A DNA stretch of 64,000 nucleotides, taken from contig CAWEPK010000007.1 in NCBI GenBank assembly GCA_963810935.1, positions 64,001-128,000 of the forward strand, in the 5' to 3' direction. Under the pieces are notes generated by a model that did not search any database, had not been told where the DNA came from, and saw only the letters and a list, made by a program, of their open reading frames with translations. Source of the DNA: an uncultured delta proteobacterium. GTDB lineage: Bacteria; Desulfobacterota; Syntrophorhabdia; Syntrophorhabdales; WCHB1-27. Below, piece by piece: positions 47,501 through 59,377 of the stretch (positions are counted from its first letter, which is position 1; each line of letters begins with the position of its first letter). The translations under genes and the position numbers were made by a program.

Positions 47501-50170
47501 ATGGGTGACATCCGAAAACTGCTTGACCCGAAAAGCATTGCCCTGATCGGAGCGAGCGATGTGCCCGGCTCTCTGGGCAGAGTTATATTGAAGAACCTGC
47601 TCCTCGCGAAGGGGAGACAGGTCTTTCCCGTCAATCTGCGGAAAAAGCGCCTTCTCGGCATCGACGCCTACACCGACGTCGCAAAGGTCCCCGGCCAGAT
47701 CGATCTGGCCGTTATCCTAACCCCGGCTCCTACGGTCGTTTCCATCGTCGAGGAGTGCGGAAAGGCCGGTGTCGAAGGGGCAGTCGTTATCTCCTCCGGC
47801 TTCAGGGAGATAGGGGAAGAAGGGGAGCGGCGCGAGGAAGAGCTTCGCGGTGTCCTGAAGCGCTATCCTATAAGATTGATCGGCCCCAACTGCCTTGGCT
47901 TCATAAGGCCGCACCTGGGCCTTAATGTAACTGCGCTTCCGGCCAATCCTCCCGCAGGGCAGATAGCCTTCATCACGCAGAGCGGCGCCTTCGGCCGGGC
48001 ATTGATCGAATGGGGCATAGACAAGCACCTGGGCTTGAGCATGTTCGCCTCTCTCGGATCGATGATAGACGTCGAGCTGGGCGATATGATCGATTTCCTG
48101 GGGTCCGATCCGCATACCAGGAGCATCATGGTCTACATGGAGGAGGGCGTCGGCGACGCGAAGAAGTTTATGAGCGCGGCGAGGGGTTTTGCGCGCAACA
48201 AGCCGGTAGTCGTCCTGAAGCCTGCGAGAAGGTCCAACAGCGGCGCCCAATCCAAGTCGCATACCGGATACCTTGCTACGAGCGACAAGGTCTATGACGC
48301 GGTGCTCAGGAGGGCGGGCGCAGTCAGGGTGAAGACGGTAGCCGACCTTTTCAACACCGCAGGTGTCCTCTATTCGAAGCACCTGCCGAAGGGCCCGAGG
48401 CTGCTTATCCTTACGAACGCGATGGGCATCGGGGTCATGGCCGCAAACACGCTCGACGAGTTCGGAGGCAAGGCTGCGGCCCTTGGCGCCGGCAGCATAG
48501 ACAGGCTCAAGCGTCTCTTACCTCCTTTCCGGGTCGAGGGCACGCCCGTCGACCTGCTGCGGGAAGCCGATGTCCGGCGTTACAGCGAGGCGATCGAAAT
48601 CTGCCTGGAAGATGAGGGGGTAGACGGCATCCTCGTGATATTTACGCCCCAGGGGGCCGCCAGGGCCCACGAGCTCGCCGAGGCGCTCGTCCGCATTGCC
48701 GCTAAGGTTGAAAAACCGATCATCGCGACCTTTATGGGAGGCAGGGAGAGCCAGGAAGGGCGCGATATACTCTCCAGAAATAATATCCCTAACTATTATA
48801 CGCCGGAGGCGGCAGTCAGGACCTACCTCTATATGTACAGCTACGAGCGGAACCTGGAGATCCTGACGGAGACGCCCGCGGACGTCCGCGTCGACCTGGG
48901 ACCGCCGAAGAACACGCTGAAGGCGCTTGTCCGCAAGGTGCTGGCGGAAGGGCGCACGGTCCTCACGGAAGAAGAGTCTAAGCGGTTCCTCCGTGATTAC
49001 CGCATACCTACCGTAAAGACCCATATGGCGCGCAACGTGGAGGAAGCGGTCAGCATCGGCAAAACTGAAGGTTATCCGGTCGTCCTCAAGATCGTCTCTC
49101 CCGATGTAGTCTATAAAACCGACGCGGGCGGCGTAGTCCTCAGCGTAAGCTCGGAAACAAAATTGCGGGACGCATACGCGAAGATGATGGAGAGTGTATC
49201 GGCATATTGCCCCGGGTGCGTTGTGAAGGGCGTAACCGTACAGAAGATGGTGGAGAAGATCGACTACGAGGTCATCCTCGGGGCAAAGACGGACCCGGAC
49301 TTCGGGTCGGTAATCCTCTTCGGCATGGGCGGGACCGCAGTCCAGATATTCCAGGACTTTTCCATCGGCCTCCCCCCTCTCAACCAAGCCCTGGCCCTGA
49401 AGCTGATGGAGGAAACAAAGGTCTTCAGGCTGCTCCAGGGATACAGGGGGAGGCCGGCGGCCGACATCGGCCTCCTGGAGCGCGTTATTCTGAGCTTCTC
49501 CAACCTCGTTGCCGATTTCCCGGAGATAGCCGAAATGGACATTAATCCCCTGGCTCTGCTTAGCGACGGCACGGCGCTGGCGCTCGATGCGCGCATAGTG
49601 CTCGACCCCGATTATTCCACGGAGGCGCCTTCCCATCCCCACCTGATCATCAGCCCGTACCCGACGAGATACATCACGCATTGGACGATGCCGGACGGTA
49701 CCGACGTGACGCTGCGGCCGGTAAGGCCGGAGGACGAGCCGGCGCATCACGAGATGCTCACTAGCCTTTCGGAAAACACCCTGAAGGAACGGTTCTTCCA
49801 GGTGATCAGGCAGATCACCCACGACATGCACGCGCGCATGTGCAACATCGATTACGACAGGGAGATGGCCATAGTGGCCGAGGTGCCGGAGGGAGACAAG
49901 AAAAGGATCATAGGCATAGGCAGGCTGATCATTGAGTACGACTTCAAAACGGCCGAGTTCGCCGTCTTAGTCCACGACGATTATCAGGGCAGGGGGCTGG
50001 GCTACAAGCTGGTGGATACGATCATAGGGATAGGCCAGGAAAAGGGCGTGAAAGAGATTTACGGCTATGTCCTTTCCGAGAACGTGAGGATGATCCGCAT
50101 GTGCACGTTGCTGGGGTTCACGTCGGAGCCGTCGGAAGAGGGAGTGACGAAGGTGAGCCTGCGACTGTAA
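47501..50170 (+). CDS. Pat/YfiQ-type protein: ADP-forming acyl-CoA ligase-like domain plus C-terminal GNAT acetyltransferase
   Basis: P.SIALIGAS, GPNCLG, QSG, SHTG, ATP-grasp region, and GNAT IDYDREMA...AEFAVLVHDDYQGRGLG. Confidence 0.92.
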   Translation: MGDIRKLLDPKSIALIGASDVPGSLGRVILKNLLLAKGRQVFPVNLRKKRLLGIDAYTDVAKVPGQIDLAVILTPAPTVVSIVEECGKAGVEGAVVISSGFREIGEEGERREEELRGVLKRYPIRLIGPNCLGFIRPHLGLNVTALPANPPAGQIAFITQSGAFGRALIEWGIDKHLGLSMFASLGSMIDVELGDMIDFLGSDPHTRSIMVYMEEGVGDAKKFMSAARGFARNKPVVVLKPARRSNSGAQSKSHTGYLATSDKVYDAVLRRAGAVRVKTVADLFNTAGVLYSKHLPKGPRLLILTNAMGIGVMAANTLDEFGGKAAALGAGSIDRLKRLLPPFRVEGTPVDLLREADVRRYSEAIEICLEDEGVDGILVIFTPQGAARAHELAEALVRIAAKVEKPIIATFMGGRESQEGRDILSRNNIPNYYTPEAAVRTYLYMYSYERNLEILTETPADVRVDLGPPKNTLKALVRKVLAEGRTVLTEEESKRFLRDYRIPTVKTHMARNVEEAVSIGKTEGYPVVLKIVSPDVVYKTDAGGVVLSVSSETKLRDAYAKMMESVSAYCPGCVVKGVTVQKMVEKIDYEVILGAKTDPDFGSVILFGMGGTAVQIFQDFSIGLPPLNQALALKLMEETKVFRLLQGYRGRPAADIGLLERVILSFSNLVADFPEIAEMDINPLALLSDGTALALDARIVLDPDYSTEAPSHPHLIISPYPTRYITHWTMPDGTDVTLRPVRPEDEPAHHEMLTSLSENTLKERFFQVIRQITHDMHARMCNIDYDREMAIVAEVPEGDKKRIIGIGRLIIEYDFKTAEFAVLVHDDYQGRGLGYKLVDTIIGIGQEKGVKEIYGYVLSENVRMIRMCTLLGFTSEPSEEGVTKVSLRL

Positions 50171-50339
50171 GCCTAGCAAGGAACGCCGCCCGAAAGACTG
50201 AGAAAAATATTTGACCGATCCGGGAGAAGCAAACTGTAGCTTTGCGTTCCCCCGGCTTTCGTTTTACAACAACCACGCTGACGTTGAAAATTGATTTATT
50301 GGGTAGAAGACTTAAATACGGACGACAAAGGGATAGGCC

Positions 50340-51953
50340 ATGGAGACAATCAGGTTCCAGGATGTGACGTTGACAAAAGAGGTAGAGAAGGCGATCGCCG
50401 ATATGGGGTTCGAAGAAATGACGCCCATTCAGGCAATGACGATACCGCCGATCCTCGACGGCAGGGACGTTGTCGGCCAGGCCCAGACGGGGACGGGCAA
50501 GACGATAGCCTTTGCGATCCCCATCATCGAGGCGGTGAAGCAGCGGAGCAAACGGACCCATGCCATCGTCCTCTGCCCGACAAGGGAGCTGGCCATCCAG
50601 GTGTCGGAGGAGATCAAACGGGTCGCCAAATATCGAAAGGATATACGTGTGCTCCCGGTATACGGAGGCCAGCCTATCGACCGGCAGCTTCGCGTGCTCA
50701 AGGAAGGCGCCCATATAGTGATAGGGACGCCGGGCCGGACTATAGACCACATAAACCGGGGCACATTGAAGCTGGACAGCGTCAAGATCGTCGTTCTGGA
50801 CGAGGCCGACGAGATGCTGAACATGGGGTTCATGGAAGATGTGAAGACGATCCTCGCGGCAGTCCCTGCCGACAGGCAGACGCTCCTCTTCTCCGCCACC
50901 ATGCCCAAACCGATACTCAACGTCACAAAGCGTTATATGAAAGACGCGGAATACATCAAGGTTGCGCATAAGGCCCTTACGGTCCCGGAGGTCGAGCAGG
51001 TTTATTTCGAGGTAACGGAGTCATTGAAGCCCGAGGCGCTAAGCCGGGTCATCGATATGTACGGTCTGAAGCTCGCCCTGGTATTCTGCAATACCAAGAG
51101 GAAAGTAGACGAGGTGGTGCCGGAGCTGCAGGGACGGGGTTATCTGGCGGAAGGCCTGCACGGCGACATGAACCAGTCACAGCGCGACCGGGTGATGGAG
51201 AAGTTCCGGAAGGGTTCGGTCGAGGTCCTTATAGCCACCGATGTGGCGGCCAGGGGCCTGGACGTGGGAGGGATAGAAGCGGTAGTCAATTATGACGTCC
51301 CCCAGGATGAGGAATACTACGTGCACAGGATCGGGCGGACCGCCCGCGCGGGCAAAGCAGGATATGCCTTCACCTTTGTTTCGGGTAGAGAGACCTACAA
51401 GCTGCGCGAAATACAGAGCTACACCCATGCGAAGATCAGGCGAGAGCCGATTCCAACACTTAGGGAAGTGGAGGAAAGCCGGTCGACAGCGATCGTCGAA
51501 AAGATTAGAGAACAGATAAAAGAGGGCGGCCTGGACAAGTACGAGGGCATTTTGGACAGACTGCTTGGGGAAGACTTCTCCTCGGTGGAGGTGGGAGCGG
51601 CATTGCTGAAGATGATGCTAGCCACAGGTGGAGAGGACGTCGATTTCCGGGAGCAGGTCTTCCGCGAGCCGGAGCCACGGATGCGCTCAACGACAAAGCT
51701 CCGTTTGAATGTAGGCCGCAAACACAGGGTCACGGCGAGCGATATCCTCGGTGCGGTAGCCGGCGAGACGGGGCTGCGGGGCAGCGCGATAGGCAAGATC
51801 GATATCCGCGACAACTTCAGTCTGGTCGAAGTCCCCGAGGACGCCGCATCCGAAGTGATCAGGCTGATGAAGAACAGGTATATCAAAGGGAACAAGGTTG
51901 CCATCGGCCCGGCCGGGGACGAGAGACAGGCCCGAACGAAAGCCGGGGGCTAA
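50340..51953 (+). CDS. DEAD-box RNA helicase (DeaD/CshA-like) with C-terminal DbpA-type RNA-binding domain
   Basis: AQTGTGKT, PTRELA, DEAD, SAT and HRIGRTARAG; C-terminal LNVGRK...IG.IDI. Confidence 0.95.
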   Translation: METIRFQDVTLTKEVEKAIADMGFEEMTPIQAMTIPPILDGRDVVGQAQTGTGKTIAFAIPIIEAVKQRSKRTHAIVLCPTRELAIQVSEEIKRVAKYRKDIRVLPVYGGQPIDRQLRVLKEGAHIVIGTPGRTIDHINRGTLKLDSVKIVVLDEADEMLNMGFMEDVKTILAAVPADRQTLLFSATMPKPILNVTKRYMKDAEYIKVAHKALTVPEVEQVYFEVTESLKPEALSRVIDMYGLKLALVFCNTKRKVDEVVPELQGRGYLAEGLHGDMNQSQRDRVMEKFRKGSVEVLIATDVAARGLDVGGIEAVVNYDVPQDEEYYVHRIGRTARAGKAGYAFTFVSGRETYKLREIQSYTHAKIRREPIPTLREVEESRSTAIVEKIREQIKEGGLDKYEGILDRLLGEDFSSVEVGAALLKMMLATGGEDVDFREQVFREPEPRMRSTTKLRLNVGRKHRVTASDILGAVAGETGLRGSAIGKIDIRDNFSLVEVPEDAASEVIRLMKNRYIKGNKVAIGPAGDERQARTKAGG

Positions 51954-51970
51954 CCCTGTGCCCTTCGGAC

Positions 51971-53678
51971 CTACCGGGCGCCTTGGGCGCCTGCCCGCAG
52001 GAGTTCCGTTTTCACCATCTGGCTATACAATTGCGCTTTGGCATAGTAGGTAAGCGCGTCGCCATATAGAGCCGGTTTTGCGTTCGGCCCATTTTCCAGA
52101 AATGCATAGGCGTGCCTGTCCATACCCAGCTCGTGAGCGGCAAACGCTAGATCCAGCCGTTTCTTTATGGCCCGGGCGAGCACGGGCGTGAGGTAAAAGG
52201 CCCGCCGGTTCATCTCCTTCTGGAACAAATCCCTTGCGTCCTTGTAAAAGGCAAACGACGTGCTTGCCGCTTTTGCAGCGACTGCCTCAGGGTTGTCCGC
52301 CAACTGGATTTTTACATACTCCCCCGTAGCATAGGCGGGCAGTCCGATACCGCTGGGCGTACCGGTCCCGAAATAGGCGGTGAGGTCGGCGGGGAAGAAG
52401 ATGCTCGTCGTCGTTGTCCCGCCGTAGCCGAAATTGTTCATGCCGTTAGGCGAGCCGGGGTCGTTGTAATGCCATTTTTTCGCTATGGGATCGTACCAGT
52501 CGTCTGACATGAAAAGCTTCCTGGCGAAATTAAAGTCTATCTTGGCGCCTGCGGCGGCGGGCGAAACGAATTCCCATAGAGTCGCGTAACGATAAAAAGT
52601 ATTGCCCATGCTGCCGTCAGGCCCCGGCACTCCTCTGCCCGGCGGGTTATATGCCTGGTTGGCCGGGTCCACGAGATGGTTCGTAATGACCATGAAGCTG
52701 GACTTCTCGCCCTCGTCGCCAGGCTTTCTTATAACGAAATGTTCTGCATTGGATTCAAAAACAGATATGCTTCCGGACGCGTCACCCAAGGTAAAGTTGC
52801 CCGAGACGCCTGCCCGGGGGACGGATTTCAAATACGCCTGCGCTTCAGCGGGCGATTTCGCGATTTCCGTCAGATAGTGGAAAATCGCCTCTGACTGGAG
52901 CCCCCAGATCGGTACTTTCTGGTTTATAGCTGTCATGGTCCACGCAAAACCGCTGCCGTTCATCCCGGAGTTCTGAGCCATCCCTCCGGCGTAAGGGTTC
53001 GTCACGAAGCTCGGTCCGGTTTTGGGGAAGCCAATGAGGATAAGGCTGTGCATCGCCTCCATTGGGACCATCTTGCTCAAGGGCTACCACGGGTTTCCCA
53101 TCGGTTGTGGCTGCACCGGCAGCCGCAAACGCGTTGCACGAATGGTATTCGTAATTGTCGATATCGGCGCCCGCGAGGAGGCGCTTTTCTGCGGCTTCGA
53201 CGCGCGCCTCTTTCGGATAAGGGATCTTGGGCCTCTGCCACATCTCGGCGGGATAAACTGTCACGGCCAGAATATCGAGATAACCGGCCTCGACCCCTTT
53301 CTTCCTGCAGCCCTCCTTTATCCCCTCTATCCATTGCACCAGGGTTGGGTCGAACTTCCTGATGTAATAATCCCAGACCTTCATATCCTTCTCGACATTT
53401 GCGCTTCCGAAAGCCTTGTTGAGTCGGCTCTTGAAGAGGGCGAGATTATGCTCGATGGCGGCGGAGGCCTGCTCGCCGTACTGCACGCCCATTTCGTAGT
53501 CGGTGCCGGAGACCACGATAACCTTCGGCAGGCCCGTGTAGTTGAATGGCGCCGGCGCGGACTTTCCTGCCGGGGCGCTGTTATCGATTACCGCGCCCTG
53601 CGAAACACCCGCAAGCTGGAAAGCTGCAAACCAGACGCCGATGACCAGGATTACCGCCCAGCGTAAACTCTTCTTCAT
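51971..53678 (-). CDS. Exported peptidase C45 / Ntn-hydrolase family protein, with a probable +1 frameshift near 53082
   Basis: Signal peptide, SGTDYEMGVQYG, autocleavage motif HS|CNAFAAAGAATTDGKP; the next frame continues SKMV...GMNGSG...TNH. Confidence 0.75.
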
Positions 53679-53760
53679 CCTCACGTGCCTCTCCTCCTTA
53701 AGAATAGACCGCCTTGCACCCGCAGCAGAGCCGCTTTCACTCTCGACAGACCGGTTTTGG

Positions 53761-54090
53761 TCAGAGGCTGCCCCCATGCAACTTTCCAAAAGTCCGCGCC
53801 GCCATAAGTGCAATGAGCAGCGCCCCGAGCCCCAGAACGATGCAGTGCCTCGTCTTGCGCAACTCGAACCGGCCAACGCGGGCCACCAGTACATAAGCCA
53901 CAATCAGGTTGAACATTCCCCACAGGACGTTGACCGTCGACGACGACAAGCCCTGTCCGGGCGGTGATGCGAACGGGCTCTGGAAAGTGTTGCCTGACAT
54001 GCCGTTCACCAGATGCGGGATCGCGTTTGCTAGGAAGGCCCCGCCGAAGAAGTAAGCGATAAAGTGATACCAGCGCGTAACTATCTGCAT
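53761..54090 (-). CDS. Small membrane protein of unknown function
   Basis: Three hydrophobic segments; FLANAIPHLV.G..G..FQSPFA.P...NVLWG. Confidence 0.75.
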   Translation of the reverse strand: MQIVTRWYHFIAYFFGGAFLANAIPHLVNGMSGNTFQSPFASPPGQGLSSSTVNVLWGMFNLIVAYVLVARVGRFELRKTRHCIVLGLGALLIALMAARTFGKLHGGSL

Positions 54091-54159
54091 AAGACCCCCA
54101 ATTCAGTCGTGATCTCACACATACGATACCACAACGCCTTAGTTCAACCCACTATGCTG

Positions 54160-56220
54160 CTATCGCGTGCGCAAATAATGGCGGTACATCGCTGACAGCA
54201 CATCCGCTGCTGTCTCCGGCGTACCGTAAACGGGTATGCCCGCCTTTTCCATCGCCACTACGTCCTCCGTCACGAACTCCTTGCACGCCACGCAGGCGAG
54301 CACCGGCTTGCCCTTACAGTCTACCGCCTTGAGAGGAGCGACGTACTCCTTCAGTATCTCCGTCTGCAGGACAACGATGAAGGCCCCCACGTCTGCGCTT
54401 TCTACGCCTATCTTTATCGTGTTCGTCACGTCGTCCGGGGTCATCGAGAAGGTGTAATCTACGGGGTTGAGGCCGCCCGTCATACCGGGGAGTATTGACC
54501 GGAGCCTGTCTTTCAGGCCAGGCTCCAAATCGGCTAAGCGCATCCCGGAGAAATGGACCGCGTCCGTCGCCATGACGCCCAACGAGCCGGCGTAGCTGAT
54601 AATCAGGACGCCCGGCTTTTGGGGCAGGGGCTGCTTGGAGAAGCCCCTCGCGATATCGAACATCTGCTCGTTGTCCGTCGCCCTTATGATGTTGCCCTGC
54701 TTGAATGCCGCGCTGTAGACGTCGTCGTTGCCCGCAAGGGAGGCCGTATGGGACGACACGGCCTTCTTGCCCGCGTCCGATCTCCCCGACTTCACGGCTA
54801 TGACCGGCTTCTCCCTGCTGACTTTGCGGGCGACGTCGATGAACCTTCTTCCTGCTTTGACGTCCTCTATGTACATGCAGACGACTGAGATATTGGGGTC
54901 CGCGCCCAATGTTTCCAAGACGTCCGTTTCGTTCACGTCGAGCTTGTTCCCGATGGTCGCGACAATGCCGAAGTCGAGTATGCGCCGCAGGCCCCAGAGC
55001 ATGCCGGCCGCGTATACGCCCGCCTGGGCGATCAACCCTACGTTGCCTTTACCGAGCTCGTCTACGGCCCCTATCGACTGGACCATATTGCTGTGGGTAT
55101 TGATGATGCCGGAGCAGTTGGGCCCTAAGAGCCTGCACCCGTAGCGGAGGATCGTCTCCTTCATTTCTTTTTCCGCTTTCTTGCCGTCCGCGCCAAGCTC
55201 GGCGAAGCCGGCAGACTCCACCACGATCGACTTTATCCCCTTCGCGCAGCATTCCTCTACGGCCTTCGGCGTAGCTGCGGCAGGCACGAGGACGATGCCT
55301 GCGTCGATGTCGCCGGTCACTTCCGCGACGCTGCTGTAGGCTTTCACTCCCTGCACCTCTTCGACCCTGGGGTTGATCGGGTAGAGCTTCCCTGCAAAGC
55401 CGTGGCCGACCAGATTGTGGAATACGTTCCACCCCAGCTTACCCTCGCTGTTCGATGCACCGAGGACCGCTATGCTTTCGGGATAGAAGAACGTGCGGAG
55501 GTCCCCGTCCCTGAACTGCGGCGCGGGGACGGGGGCGGAATCGACGAACATGCGGGCATCGACGACGACGTAGCCGTCGGGATAGAGGAAGACAGGGTTG
55601 AGGTCTATTTCGCTGATCTCCGGATAGGCGACGACCAATTGCGACACCTGTATGAGGAGCTGTTTCAGGGACTCCAGGTCGGCCGAATATCCACGCGCCC
55701 CACGGAGCAGCGCATACCCTTTGATCTCTTCGATCATCGACGAGACGTCCTCGGGCGATACGGGTATGCTCCTCAATGCGACGTCCTTCAGCACCTCGAC
55801 GAAAATGCCGCCCAGGCCGAACATGAGGATGGGACCGAAGGCCGGGTCCCGGGTGATGCCGATGATGGCCTCGATGCCCGGTTTGGCCATTTTCTGCACG
55901 GAGACGCCCTCGATGTTCTCCCGTCCGAAAACGCCGGCTATGGCCTGATATGCATCAGCCGCCTGCTGCCTGTCCCGTATATCGAGCTTTACCCCGCCGG
56001 CGTCCGATTTATGGACGACCTGGGGCGAGACGACTTTCATAGCCGCGTGGCCGCCGACTGCGTCGAAGGCATCGCATGCCTCCTGCTCGGAGCGGGCAAG
56101 GATGCCGCCCGTCGTCGCGATCCGCTCTTCTTCAAGGATCGCCTTCGACTCATGCTCCATCAGGTAACGCCTTTTTTCCGCTGCCGCTTTTTGGACGATT
56201 TCCCGCGCTGTCTTTGCCAT
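54160..56220 (-). CDS. ADP-forming acetate/acyl-CoA ligase (beta-alpha fusion)
   Basis: N-terminal ATP-grasp (HKSDAGGV, DLNP), then CoA-binding domain (SIAVLGAS, GPNCSG) and SHTASL phospho-His; AAGGGAG RBS. Confidence 0.92.
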   Translation of the reverse strand: MAKTAREIVQKAAAEKRRYLMEHESKAILEEERIATTGGILARSEQEACDAFDAVGGHAAMKVVSPQVVHKSDAGGVKLDIRDRQQAADAYQAIAGVFGRENIEGVSVQKMAKPGIEAIIGITRDPAFGPILMFGLGGIFVEVLKDVALRSIPVSPEDVSSMIEEIKGYALLRGARGYSADLESLKQLLIQVSQLVVAYPEISEIDLNPVFLYPDGYVVVDARMFVDSAPVPAPQFRDGDLRTFFYPESIAVLGASNSEGKLGWNVFHNLVGHGFAGKLYPINPRVEEVQGVKAYSSVAEVTGDIDAGIVLVPAAATPKAVEECCAKGIKSIVVESAGFAELGADGKKAEKEMKETILRYGCRLLGPNCSGIINTHSNMVQSIGAVDELGKGNVGLIAQAGVYAAGMLWGLRRILDFGIVATIGNKLDVNETDVLETLGADPNISVVCMYIEDVKAGRRFIDVARKVSREKPVIAVKSGRSDAGKKAVSSHTASLAGNDDVYSAAFKQGNIIRATDNEQMFDIARGFSKQPLPQKPGVLIISYAGSLGVMATDAVHFSGMRLADLEPGLKDRLRSILPGMTGGLNPVDYTFSMTPDDVTNTIKIGVESADVGAFIVVLQTEILKEYVAPLKAVDCKGKPVLACVACKEFVTEDVVAMEKAGIPVYGTPETAADVLSAMYRHYLRTR

Positions 56221-56422
56221 GGCTCTCTCCCTTGAAATATCACGTATAGTTAAACCGGGGGAGGGCTTAAAGTCAAGCCGGACGGCGAAAAGTTGTATAC
56301 AACGGTTCGGCGCGACCGGCAGGCACGGCGCTTGCAATCCCGGTAAGCAGGAACGGCCGCCGGCCGCTTACTCAATATCGCCCCGACGCCCGGTGCCGAT
56401 CAGCGATTCCGAGAGGTACAAC

Positions 56423-56728
56423 ATGAGAAAAACCCTGCCCATAGCTCTCGCCCTTATCGCAATTGTCGCCTGTCCCCTTATCGCCAAAGCAGCCGGGGCC
56501 TGTGCCCGGCGCGCAGCTATCCACCGCCGGCCTCAGCCTCTCGCGCGGATTGTGACCGATGTCCTTGTCATAAGGCCTGTCGGTGCGGCCGGCCTTGTCT
56601 TAGGCACGGCAGGGACTATTGTGGCAATCCCTGTCGCCGTGCCTAGCGGGAACATGAACAAGGTGAGCGATACCCTTGTGCGGAAACCGTATGACTTCAC
56701 GTTCCGCCGCCCTCTGGGTGTCTGGTAG
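56423..56728 (+). CDS. Small exported/membrane hypothetical protein
   Basis: GAGAGG RBS, signal peptide, D.LVIRPVG...P...TFRRPLG. Confidence 0.7.
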   Translation: MRKTLPIALALIAIVACPLIAKAAGACARRAAIHRRPQPLARIVTDVLVIRPVGAAGLVLGTAGTIVAIPVAVPSGNMNKVSDTLVRKPYDFTFRRPLGVW

Positions 56729-56837
56729 GACAATCTTGTCGAACGCAGGGACGTTTTTTCGACAAACCTGTCGGCTGCTACAGGTGCGCCCCCGGCTTCG
56801 ATGTAGGTGGTTTGAGAGAATAATCTGACGATCGGTC

Positions 56838-59377
56838 TTACATGGCTTCCCGTTCCAGCACCCGGCGGATCGCCTGCGCCATGTCTTTCTTCGTAACGGG
56901 TTTCATGACGAACGCCCGGATACCGGCCTTTGCGGCCTTCTCCGGTGACACGGTTTCGCTGAATCCCGTGCAGAGGATGATGGGCATCTCCTTTCTTACC
57001 GCGAGGACTTCCCTGGCAAGCGCGACGCCCGTCATCTCCGGCATGGTCTGATCGGTAATGATAAGATCGAACGCAGCCGGGTCCTCCATAAAAGCTTTCA
57101 AGGCCTTCAATGGGTCGGTGAAGGCAGTCACGCGGCAGCCCATACGTTTGAGCATCATTTCCGCCATCTCCACGATGGCCGGCTCGTCATCGACAAAGAG
57201 AACGGATTCGGCTTTAGAACAGGAAGTTTCTTCTCCTGCCGTTTCTGCCGGCAGAGAGACATCGGACTGCGGAAGGAGGATCGTGAACTTTGCACCCTCG
57301 CCGACAACGCTTTCCACCTCGATCGCGCCGTTGTATGCCCTGACTATGCCGTAGACCACGGACAGGCCCATGCCCGTGCCTTGGCTTTGCTCCTTTGTAG
57401 TAAAGAAAGGCTCGAACATGCGCCTCTGCACGTCCGGGGCTATGCCTGTCCCCGTATCCTTTACGGTCAGCTTCACATAGCGGCCCGGTTTCATGTTGTC
57501 TTCCGGCAGGGAGTCCGAACCGAGGGTAACCGATGAAAGCCCGATAGTCAGCGTCCCTCCGTCTTCCCGCATTGCGTGGGCTGCGTTGTTGGCAAGGTTG
57601 ACCACAACCTGCTGGATTTCAGACGGTTGAGCGACTACGGCTGTATCTGCCCTTGCCCTTATGTTCAGGTCCATCCTGATCGTGGCCGGGATGGATGACC
57701 TGAGCAACTCATGCGTCTCCTTCAGCAGGGGGACGATATTTACCACTTTCCCTTCCCCAACGTTCTTCTTGCTGAAGGTGAGGATCTTCTTCACCAGGTC
57801 TCGCGATCTCTTTGACGCCTTTAGAATCTGGTCGATGTTCTGCCGGGGCCCGTCTCCGTCAAGCTCGTCGAGGGCAAGCTCCGCATTGCCCATGATGATG
57901 GCCAGCATATTGTTGAAGTCGTGGGCGATGCCGCCCGCGAGGGCGCCGACGGCCTCCATCTTGTGGGATTGGCGGAGCTGCTCTTCGAGCCTGAGGTTTT
58001 CGCTCATGTCATGCCAGACAAGCACGAAGTTCGTGATTGCTCCCGACGCATCGTTGACAGGAGATATAACACAATCGACAGTAAAGTCAGTCCCGTCCTT
58101 CCTCCGTATTTTATATCGGCCGGCGCAGGGCTTACCCGCAATAGCCCCCTGCTTAGTCCGATCATACTTGGAAGGGTCGTCTTTCTCCGACCGCAGAAAG
58201 CGCATGTCGTGCCCGATAACTTCGTCGGCCCCATACCCCGTCATACGGTAAAATACCGGGTTTGCATAATCGATGTGCCAGGACGAATCAGTGGTGAAGA
58301 TTGCTTCTGCCGTGCTTTCGACCGCCGCCGCGAGACGAGCGACCGCCGCTGTCCGCTCGGTTACCCGCAGCTCAAGCTCGTCACGCGATTTGCGAAGCTC
58401 TTCCTCGATCTTCTTGCGCTCCGAGACGTCAGCGGAGATGCCGGCTACCGCGTATATCCTCCCCTGAGCGTCGCGAAGCGGGAACTTCGTCGTAAGCCAT
58501 GTACTCGAACGGCCCTTGAGTTGGCTGCACTCCTCGAACTCCAGCGCCTTCCCCGCCTCGATCACCCGGCGGTCGTTTGCCTCGTGCCGGCCTGCGTCAT
58601 CCTTGGGCATGAACTCGTGCCGTCTTTTGCCGATCAACTGCTCCGGCGTGGAGTTAAGCAACTCTGCGACGGCGGTATTTGCCAATAGGAAGCGCTCTTC
58701 CAGATCGAAGGCATAGATAATAGCCGTTGTGTTGTCGATTATACTCTGGACCTGCCTCTGAGCTACGGCCAGCTCTTCCTCCATCCGCTTGTGTTCGGCC
58801 GCCAGAAGTTCTTTTTCGGCACGCTTTCGTTGGGTGGTTTCGACAAGCACTACCAGCATGCCGGCGACCCGGCCGGCCTCCGAGCGTACGGGGCTGTAGG
58901 AAAGGGTAAAGTAGGCATCCTCCATGCGGCCGTGGCGGACGATGGGGAAAGGCTGGTCCTCAAAATGGACCGTTTCCTCCGTGACATTACCCTTTCAAGG
59001 ACGGGTTTGTTGAAGTCCCAGACTTCCGGCCAGACCTCTCGCGGGGACCGCCCCATCGCATTGGGATGCCTGTCGCCGGCGATGACCCGGTAGGCGTCAT
59101 TGTAAATGCAAATCAGGTCGCTGCCCCAAAGTATAGCCATGGGGAAGCTGCCGGCCAGTATCAGGTTGACTACGGTGCGCAAACTTTCCGGCCAGGCATC
59201 GCGCGGCCCCAGGGACGTGGCCGACCAGTCCATCGAGCGGATCAACGCGCCCATCTCGCCGCCGCCCGATAAGAAGTCCTGCCGCCCTCGATCAGGGGGC
59301 TTCATGGCCTGCACGTGCTTTTCGTTTGTTTTGCGGAGGTCGTTGAGTTCGCGGAGGGGCTCTTCTTTGCCATGCAT
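56838..59377 (-). CDS. Cytoplasmic multi-PAS hybrid histidine kinase, with a probable frameshift near 58980
   Basis: ORF 58850..59377 (GGEMG.LIR..DWSATSLG PAS-like) joins via EETVHFEDQPFPIVRHGR to MEDAYFT of ORF 56838..58925 (PAS, AHDFNNML, HATPase, REC). Confidence 0.85.
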
